Source of the DNA: Thermoplasmata archaeon | GTDB taxonomy: Archaea > Thermoplasmatota > Thermoplasmata > GCA-020350865 | Reading direction: 5' to 3' | Assembly (NCBI GenBank): GCA_020348445.1 | Contig: CP070751.1 | Location: 4,353,723 to 4,417,722, forward strand | DNA length: 64,000 nucleotides | Shown here: one piece after another, positions 1 to 8,300 of the stretch | Layout: the number at the start of each line of letters is the position of its first letter | Position numbering within the stretch: the stretch's first letter is position 1 | Translations under genes and position numbers: made by a program | The notes under the pieces: model-generated | Seen by the model: only the letters and a program-made list of their open reading frames with translations | What the model was told of the DNA's origin: nothing | Databases searched by the model: none

Positions 1-892
1 AAGCAATTCAAAACTTTTAACAGGAGAACTTGCAACGCATCTTACCGGTAGATACATCGATATCCAACTCTTTCCATTCTCTTTTCGTGAGTTTTTAAGC
101 TTAAAACGTTTTACATCATCGAAGGTATATACTACAAAAGAAAAAGCCAAGTTGTTTGGGCTTCTGAACGAATATTTGAAACTCGGAGGTCTCCCAGAGG
201 TTTATAAATTTGGAAAGGGAATACTTCCCCGTATATATGATGATATCATAACAAAGGATATCGTTTTAAGGTACAGAATAAGAAAGAGAGAGGAGTTAAG
301 GAAGCTAGCAAGGTATCTTGTCACCAACTTTGCCGGAGAAATCAGTTATAGTAAGTTATCAAGGATTTTGGGTATCAAGCATGTCTCAACAGTATCCAAT
401 TGGATATCATATCTCGAACAAGCATTTTTGATAATAAAATTAGAGAGGTTTGATTTCAAGCTGAAACAGCAGTTTGTAGCCCCGAAAAAGGTATACGCAA
501 TCGATAGTGGGATAGCAAATTCAATAGGTTTCAGTTCATCAGAAAACACAGGGCGAATCATGGAGAACACTGTTGCTGTAGAATTACAAAGACAATGTGG
601 TTCTGGGCGGATATTCGAAGTTTACTACTGGAAAGATCATCAACAAAATGAAGTCGATTTTGTATTAAAGGATGGTCCGAAGGTTAAACAGCTTGTCCAG
701 GTTACATATGCCACCGAAAGACATGAGGTGAATGAAAGGGAGACCAAGTCCTTATTAAAAGCGTCCAAAGAATTGAGGTGCAATAATCTATTGGTGATTA
801 CATGGGATCTCTCAGGTAAAGAGAAAATAGGTGAGAAGGAGGTAACCTTCATACCCCTATGGACATGGTTATTACAAATTGATCGATTATGA
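1..892 (+). CDS. AAA+ superfamily ATPase, COG1373/DUF4143 type (5' partial; runs off the window start)
   Basis: The frame is open from base 2 (SNSKLLTGELATHLTGRY...FPFSFREFL). It contains YLKLGGLPE, PKKVYAIDSG and the C-terminal ENTVAVEL / YYWKDHQQNEVDFV motifs typical of this family. Confidence 0.85.
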   Translation, partial: SNSKLLTGELATHLTGRYIDIQLFPFSFREFLSLKRFTSSKVYTTKEKAKLFGLLNEYLKLGGLPEVYKFGKGILPRIYDDIITKDIVLRYRIRKREELRKLARYLVTNFAGEISYSKLSRILGIKHVSTVSNWISYLEQAFLIIKLERFDFKLKQQFVAPKKVYAIDSGIANSIGFSSSENTGRIMENTVAVELQRQCGSGRIFEVYYWKDHQQNEVDFVLKDGPKVKQLVQVTYATERHEVNERETKSLLKASKELRCNNLLVITWDLSGKEKIGEKEVTFIPLWTWLLQIDRL

Positions 893-1132
893 TTTTAAAT
901 CTTCACTCCGCCTCTTTAATCACCCTTATTCGGTCTTTCCCGCCAAACCATGTGCCGTCTAATAATTGCCTTGTGATCACTATGCTTTCTTGCTTCCCGA
1001 CGTTTAGCAAAACCTGAACCTCGGACCTATGGCGCCTCACATGGTCATATTCCGGCGATATAAAACATGAATTCCCCCGAAATCATAATATAACTTCTTT
1101 TTAATCACCGAACCGGGTTGTGGTGATCTATC

Positions 1133-2245
1133 ATGAAATTGCATGAATACAAGGCCAAGGAGATATTCTCTAACTATGGCATTCCTGTTCCTTCTGGCAT
1201 CCTGGTAAAGGATCCAAATGAACTTAAGGAGTTCAAATTTCCGGCGGTGCTCAAATCCCAGGTTCTCGTTGGAGGAAGAGGAAAGGCAGGAGGAATAAAG
1301 TTCGCAGATAATCTTGATGAGGCCAAAGAAAAGATAGACGAACTACTGAAAATGGAAATCAAAGGCCTCCCTGTGAAGTTGGTATTGGTGGAGGCAAAGG
1401 CTGAAATCTTAAAGGAACTGTATGTGGGTTTTGTAGTGGACAGAACAGCCAAAAGAAATGTCCTTATCATGTCCTCAGAAGGTGGAGTGAACATCGAGGA
1501 GGTTGCCCAAAGAAGTCCTGATAAAGTTGTCAAGTTCCAAATCGATCCTTCGGAAGGTCTTCCAACCCATAAGATAACAAACCTGGCAAAGAAGATTGGC
1601 TTGAAAGGCAAGGAAATGGTCTCTGTGGTGGGGGTAGTTAATAGACTGAATAAAGTGTTTTCAGACTACGATGCAGAGCTTGCAGAGATCAACCCCCTCG
1701 CAGTAACACCGGAAGGGCTTTTGGGTGTTGATGCAAAACTCCTCGTTGATGATAATTCACTGTATCGCCACAAAGACCTGGCAAAGGAGTTCGCCAAAAG
1801 TGAGGAATTTACGGACATCGAAAAGAGGGCCAAGGACGCCGGATTATCATACGTAGAGCTGGAGGGCGACATAGGTGTCATCGGATGCGGGGCAGGGCTT
1901 GTTATGGCCTCCCTGGACACCCTCAAACTCTATGGAGGAGCAGCAGCGAACTTCCTTGATGTGGGCGGTGGGGCAACGAAAGAGAACATGAGATCTGCGC
2001 TGGAGCTTGTGGTACAAAAAGAGGGAGTGAAATCAATATTCATCAACATATTCGGTGGTATCACACGTTGTGACGAGATTGCCAAGGGAATAGTTGATTT
2101 CGCACCCAAGACTCCAATCTCTGTTCGAATGATGGGTACAAATGAAGAGGAAGGAAAGCAGATACTGAGGGACAACGGATACAGTGTTTCAGAGACAATA
2201 GAGGAAAGTGCAAAAGAGGCAATAGAGCTTGCCAGGGGTGGGTAA
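1133..2245 (+). CDS. sucC: Succinyl-CoA synthetase (ADP-forming) beta subunit
   Basis: MKLHEYKAKEIF start, KSQVLVGGRGKAGGIK, EINPL, GAGLVMA, NFLDVGGG, NIFGGITRCD; GGTGAT RBS upstream; adjacent to sucD. Confidence 0.97.
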   Translation: MKLHEYKAKEIFSNYGIPVPSGILVKDPNELKEFKFPAVLKSQVLVGGRGKAGGIKFADNLDEAKEKIDELLKMEIKGLPVKLVLVEAKAEILKELYVGFVVDRTAKRNVLIMSSEGGVNIEEVAQRSPDKVVKFQIDPSEGLPTHKITNLAKKIGLKGKEMVSVVGVVNRLNKVFSDYDAELAEINPLAVTPEGLLGVDAKLLVDDNSLYRHKDLAKEFAKSEEFTDIEKRAKDAGLSYVELEGDIGVIGCGAGLVMASLDTLKLYGGAAANFLDVGGGATKENMRSALELVVQKEGVKSIFINIFGGITRCDEIAKGIVDFAPKTPISVRMMGTNEEEGKQILRDNGYSVSETIEESAKEAIELARGG

Positions 2246-3106
2246 ATGGCCATAATAATTGATGAGAATACCAAGGCAATTGTGCAGGGAATAACAGGTG
2301 GTCAAGGGAGATTTCATACAAAAGCCATGAAGGACTATGGTACCAACATAGTGGCTGGTGTGACCCCTGGGAAAGGCGGAAACTCAGTTGAGGATATACC
2401 TGTGTATGACAGCATCAGCGAGGTACCAAACGATATAAACGCATCCATAATATTCGTGCCAGCACCCTTTGCCAAGGATGCTGCATTGGAAGCAATTGAC
2501 TTTGGATTGAATCCTGTGGTGATAATTACAGAGCGCATACCTATTCACGATTCCATACAAATCATGAAAAAGGCGGAGAGCAAGGGAATTGACGTTATTG
2601 GTCCCAACACACCGGGCATCATCTCCCCAGAAAAATCTAAAATGGGTGTCATGCCCTCCCATGTTTTTTCCCAGGGGAGTGTGGGTCTGATTTCCAGAAG
2701 CGGCACACTAACCTACGAGATAGCGAACAATTTAAGCAGGGCAGGTCTTGGGCAGTCCACAACAGTGGGACTTGGAGGCGATCCTGTTGTTGGTCTCAGC
2801 TTTGTAGATGTATTGAAGAAATTTGACAAGGATGATCAAACCAAGGCCGTAGTTCTTGTGGGGGAGATCGGAGGCAATGCCGAGGAGACAGCGGCAAAGT
2901 TCATAAAAGATAGCTTTTCAAAGCCAGTTGTGGCTTATATCGCAGGAAGAACAGCACCCCCAGGAAAAAGAATGGGACATGCTGGGGCCATAGTCTCAGG
3001 AGGAATGGGCACAGCTGACAGCAAGATTGCGGCTTTAGGCGAGGGGGGTGTTGATGTGGCCGAGCTCCCAAGTGATGTCGTGAGATTGCTTAAAGAGAAA
3101 ATGTAA
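2246..3106 (+). CDS. sucD: Succinyl-CoA synthetase alpha subunit
   Basis: [40 protein letters not shown] and GKRMGHAGA (phospho-His motif). Confidence 0.97.
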   Translation: MAIIIDENTKAIVQGITGGQGRFHTKAMKDYGTNIVAGVTPGKGGNSVEDIPVYDSISEVPNDINASIIFVPAPFAKDAALEAIDFGLNPVVIITERIPIHDSIQIMKKAESKGIDVIGPNTPGIISPEKSKMGVMPSHVFSQGSVGLISRSGTLTYEIANNLSRAGLGQSTTVGLGGDPVVGLSFVDVLKKFDKDDQTKAVVLVGEIGGNAEETAAKFIKDSFSKPVVAYIAGRTAPPGKRMGHAGAIVSGGMGTADSKIAALGEGGVDVAELPSDVVRLLKEKM

Positions 3107-3430
3107 AGAAATGAGAATAATGGGAATATTTGGGGGAACCCTTTTTCTTTTGCTAAGTGAATTTCGCTCACTATTCCCAATCAATGAACAAGTTCCTTTC
3201 TTAGGGCTAAGGGCCCCCTTTCTCCTTTCACCTTGGCCTACCAATATTTAAATTATTTTTTTAATACACTTAGACCTAAGATTATAATTAAATATGTCTA
3301 TTTTTTAATCCTGAGGGTCCCCTTCCCTCTTTTACCCATCCTAACTTCTTCGAATCTCATTGGGATGAACATATTACATTATCATTCCTAATTTAAGCAT
3401 ATACCTTTTTATCCCCCCATTCTATACCCG

Positions 3431-5206
3431 ATGGCGATGAGAATAGCTGTATTATTGAGAGACCGATGCCAGCCCAAACGCTGTGCTTTAGAGTGCTTTA
3501 AATACTGCCCTAAGGTGAGAACAGGGGACGAGACAATTGTAATGGGCGAAGATGAAAAGCCCATAATATCTGAGGAGCTTTGCCCAGGATGCGGAATATG
3601 TATCCACAAGTGTCCCTTCGAAGCCATTAGGGTAATAGGCCTTCCCGAGGAATTGGAGGAGGATCTAGTGCACCAGTTCGGTAAAAACGGCTTTAGGTTA
3701 TTTAGGCTGCCCTGGCCCAAGGAGGGCAAGGTCATCGGACTTCTAGGGCCCAACGCCATAGGAAAGACCACAGTCATCAACATACTTTCCGGCAATTTAG
3801 TACCTAATCTAGGAAATTACGAGTCAGATGCCCGATGGGAACCTGTTTTAGAGTATTATGCAGGAACAGAACTTCATGATCACCTCAAAAAAATAGCAGA
3901 TGAGAACGTAAAAACCTCACTCAAACCCCAATATGTAGATAAAATACCGAAACTCTACAATGAGAAGGTAAAGGGGCTCCTTAGGAAGATGGATGAAATA
4001 GGGAAACTTGATAGTGTTCTTGAAAGCATGGATCTACAAGGCTGTCTTGATAGGAAAACGACCGAACTTTCTGGTGGTGAGCTTCAGAGAATGACCATAG
4101 CTGCAGCCATGCTAAAAGATGCCGATATCTATTTCTTTGACGAGCCGTCATCTTACTTGGATATACACCAGCGATTATCTGTGGCAAAGACCATCAGGGC
4201 ACTATCTTCTGAGAAGCAGGTGGTTGTAATAGAGCACGATCTGGCTGTTTTAGACTTTTTAGGTGATGAGGTTTACCTCATGTACGGCTCTGAGGGGGCC
4301 TACGGTGTAATTGCGCAACCAAGGGCAGTGAGAAGCGCAATCAATACATATCTTTCAGGATACATGAGGGAGGAGAACATAAGGTTCAGGGAGACTGAGA
4401 TAAGGTTTGAAACCCATGCACCCAGGACAGGTTGGGATACGGTAACGCTAGTCTCCTTTGGACAGCTTGAAATGAAGCTAAACGGCTTCGTCCTCGAGAC
4501 TAAAGCCGGAAAATTGAGTGCAGGGGAGGTGGTGGGAGTAGTGGGCCGCAACTCCACTGGCAAGACAACGTTTGTGAAGATGCTTGCAGGGATTATAAAG
4601 CCCACAAAAGGGGATTTGGAATCAACTGTCAAGGTCAGCTACAAACCTCAATATTTAAAACCTGATTTTGATGGAACTGTAAAAGATCTTCTACTCACAA
4701 AAATTACCGATTCATACAAATCCGGATTTTTCACATCTGAGGTTGCCCATCCCCTCAATTTGAAACCCCTTTTGGATTCTGAGGTGATGAGTCTCTCTGG
4801 TGGAGAGCTTCAAAGGGTAGCAATAGCGTTGTGCCTTGGTTCCGAAGCAGATATCTACCTGATAGATGAGCCCTCAGCATACCTTGATTCCAGCCAGAGG
4901 ATGGTTGCCGCAAGGACAATAAGAAGGGTCATGGAAAAAAGCGGAAAATCGGCCTTTATAGTGGATCATGATGTATATTTCATAGATTTGGTCTCCGATT
5001 CACTGATGGTATTTGGTGGAGAGCCATCAATTCATGGGATAGGAGAGGGACCTTTTAACCTTCGCGAAGGAATGAATAAATTCCTGAAAAACGTGGACAT
5101 CACTTTTAGAAGAGATCCAGACACCAAAAGACCCAGGATTAACAAGCTCGATTCTGTTTTGGATAGGGAACAAAAGGCCAAAGGAGAGTTTTACTACACA
5201 AGTTAG
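3431..5206 (+). CDS. rli: Ribosome recycling ATPase ABCE1/RLI
   Basis: N-terminal FeS domain (CQPKRCALECFKYCP, CPGCGICIHKCPF), two ABC domains with LSGGELQR signatures, C-terminal TFRRDPDTKRPRINK. Confidence 0.97.
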   Translation: MAMRIAVLLRDRCQPKRCALECFKYCPKVRTGDETIVMGEDEKPIISEELCPGCGICIHKCPFEAIRVIGLPEELEEDLVHQFGKNGFRLFRLPWPKEGKVIGLLGPNAIGKTTVINILSGNLVPNLGNYESDARWEPVLEYYAGTELHDHLKKIADENVKTSLKPQYVDKIPKLYNEKVKGLLRKMDEIGKLDSVLESMDLQGCLDRKTTELSGGELQRMTIAAAMLKDADIYFFDEPSSYLDIHQRLSVAKTIRALSSEKQVVVIEHDLAVLDFLGDEVYLMYGSEGAYGVIAQPRAVRSAINTYLSGYMREENIRFRETEIRFETHAPRTGWDTVTLVSFGQLEMKLNGFVLETKAGKLSAGEVVGVVGRNSTGKTTFVKMLAGIIKPTKGDLESTVKVSYKPQYLKPDFDGTVKDLLLTKITDSYKSGFFTSEVAHPLNLKPLLDSEVMSLSGGELQRVAIALCLGSEADIYLIDEPSAYLDSSQRMVAARTIRRVMEKSGKSAFIVDHDVYFIDLVSDSLMVFGGEPSIHGIGEGPFNLREGMNKFLKNVDITFRRDPDTKRPRINKLDSVLDREQKAKGEFYYTS

Positions 5207-5386
5207 CATTTATTTTAAGCTTTAAATGGTAATCTCTTCGAATTTCGGACACTTACAAGAGATCGTAACATATAAACAAACTTTCACTCAATTCACTACA
5301 AAGTTTTGCTATATTTTATTTAAATATGTACAGGAGGGATAACATTACATTGAAAGCACATTACTTGAGAATTTACGAGGACTTAC

Positions 5387-8300
5387 ATGCCAACTGAAGA
5401 TAATAACACCCTTTCATGCCCTTTCTGTGGAAAAGAGATATCTTATGGCGATACCAAGTGCAGCAATTGCGGCCGAAAATTGATAAAAGAAAAAGAGAAC
5501 GGCACAAAAAGGGGCCTTGGCAGAGCCCTTTCTGAAAAATACTGGAAAAAGATCACAGAGTTGGAGAGGAGGAAGAAGAAGGAGGCCGAAAAACCACAAG
5601 ATAAGGAGATTATCCTGGGTGTATTCTCCCTCATACCAGACATAGGGCGGAGCCGGGCAGAGGCTTTTTGGGACGCGGGTTTCAGATCATTGGAGGATCT
5701 GAGGAAGGCGTCATTGGATGAAATTGCGGCTGTAAAAGGGATTGGTAGGGCATTGGCCGAGAAAATTCAAAGTAACTTATCAAGACCTGAAAAAAGAATC
5801 GAGAGAGGAGAGCTCCTCATATGCACCAATTGTGGTGCGCTTTTAAGCTCTTCTGCCATACGCTGTGGCCTATGCGGTGTAAAGGTTCAAGAGGAAGAGC
5901 TTGCAGAAGAGGAGATTATAGAAGAAGAAGGGATGGAAGAAGAGCCGGATTTATATCTTTGTCCCGAATGCGGGTCCTTCTTGGCACCTGGGGCTGTTGA
6001 GTGCGGCGAATGCGGAGCCGTCTTCGAAATGGAAGAAGGTGAGGAAGTCGAAGAAATCGAGCCCCCACCAAAGATGGTAAAAGAAAAGGAGGAAGTGGAG
6101 GAGCTCAGGGCACTGTTTCTCTGTCCCAATTGTGGAGCCTTCTTGGCCCCTGACAAAGAGGTATGCGATAAATGTGGTGTCAAGACAAGGGAAATCGAAG
6201 AAAAAATCGAGGAGGAAGGAGAAAGAGAGCGGGAGCTTCTTGAAGAAATGTTGATTGAGTTGGAACCTGAAATAGAGAAGGTTTCTGCAGAATATGGAGA
6301 GGATCTATCTGAACTGTTCATTTGTCCAGAGTGTGGATCATTCCTCACAACCGGGGCTACTGAATGCAGCTATTGCGGTGTTGCCTTTGAGGAAGAAGAA
6401 GAGGTTGAAGAGCTGGAAAAGGTAGAGGTCGCACTTGAGAGAATAGAAGCCGCTCTGGAAAAGGAGATTGAGGCTGAAGAAGTATCTGCAGAATATGGAG
6501 AGGATCTATCTGAACTGTTCATTTGTCCAGAATGCGGTTCTTTTTTAAATATAGGTGCAACTGAATGTAGCTTTTGTGGTGTGGTATTTGAGGAGGAGGT
6601 AGAAGAAGAGATAGCAGAGCCTGAAAAAGAAGTCAAGGTCGAAGAGGTAGCTGCAGAATATGGAGAGGATCTGTCTGAGCTGTTCATCTGTCCTGAGTGC
6701 GGCTCCTTTTTAACCACCGGCGCTGAGAAGTGTAGTTACTGCGGTGTGGTCTTTGAGGAGGAAGAGGAGGAGGTAAAAATTGAGGAAGAAGCTCCCTCTC
6801 TTTTGCCTAAAAAGTTACCTGATTTCTGGTATAAAAAGGAAGAGGAAGAGGTTTATTTATGTCCAAATTGCGGGTCCTTCCTTACCACAGGTGTTGAGGA
6901 ATGCCGCAGTTGCGGTGTGAAAATCGAACCTGGGATGGAGATTAATGCTTTAGCCGAGATTTCAGGGGAGCCAAAAAAGGTACCTGATTACTGGATTAAG
7001 GAAAAGGAGCCATCATCTCTATTTATTTGCCCTGAATGTGGTGCCTTCAACAAAGATGAATCCACCCATTGTAGTATCTGCGGTGTAGGCTTAAAAGAAG
7101 AGGTGGAGGAAGAATTAGAGGAAGAGGTTCCCCTTAAGGAGGTTCTAGGAGAAGAACCGATAGTAGAAGAAGAGCCATTGATAGAGGAAGAGCCACTGGT
7201 ATTAGAAGAAGAGATCAGAAGGAAGGAAATCGATTTGGAGGAGGAAATCGCGGAGGAAATCGAAGAGGAGATCAGGAGCTTAGAGGTATCTTTAGAGGAA
7301 GTAAAACCCTTGAAGGTTCCGGGTTTGATAAATGGGCTGTCAAACGGATTATCAAACGGTCTCTCAAACGGTCTCTCAAATGGCCTTTCAAATGGTCTTC
7401 GAATGAGAAGAAAGAGCCTCGCCGGAGTCACAAATGGTATTACCAATGGTGTAACAAACGGTCTCACAAATGGACTGCGTAGGCTCAGATTGGGTCTTGT
7501 CAATGGCCTTACAAATGGCAATGGAATAACAGACGGAGTAGGTCCCATAAAGGACGCTCTTAAAAGAGCTAGCGGCACTATCCGTGTGGTGGTCCTGGTG
7601 GGCATTGTTTTACTGCTTTTGGCTTCTCCATACCTCATTAATTTGTTGATTCCTTCACGTCATCCCATGGAGATCGATGGCGACTTCAGCGAGTGGGCAG
7701 ATATACCTGGTTATTCGGATTCATTATCAGACCTAACTCGAAATCAGGATGTCAACATCGTTGAGTACAAACTGACCATCAACAAATGGGGCGATATGGC
7801 GTTCTATCTAAAAGTGAACGGTACCATCCTAAATGGGATCTACGGTATGGACTCAGTCAATATTTTCATAGATGAGGACGGTAATTCTAGCACAGGCTAT
7901 AGGATATCCACCTTGGGAGCAGACAAGATGATCGGTGTGGTGGGATGGGACCACAATATATATGAGGGAGCTTACAGCCAATTCAATATGTCGCGCTCGC
8001 AATTGGACCTAAACGGATTCGATGTATTTTATAAAATACCTGTTGCCATTGGCAAAGATAAACTTGAGACTAAGATATGGCTTTCCACCCTGAGTATGGA
8101 ACTGAATAGGCCCGTGAGGATACTTTTCAGCGCAAGGGATACAGCGGGCAATGAAGACATATCAGATGTCATAATAAGCCAAATTTACGGTGCCCTTAAA
8201 ATAAGAGAGACGAGCACAGCCCCAGAGAAAATCCCAAAAGGTGCAAGCAGGGTGTCTATGTTGAAGCTTGATTTGAATGCAATGGGTGAGGATATTTCAA

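Noticed and set aside
893-1050. 45-codon GTG-initiated minus-strand frame between the ATPase and sucC
   Set aside because: No RBS or recognisable motif, and too short to support.
3035-3244. Minus-strand ORF and short hairpins downstream of sucD as a possible ncRNA
   Set aside because: The ORF overlaps sucD and looks non-protein-like; the stems are short and compatible with a terminator region, and no RNA family is recognisable.
7322-7545. NGLT repeats as N-glycosylation arrays
   Set aside because: N-G-L/I is not an N-X-S/T sequon, and the predicted location is cytoplasmic.
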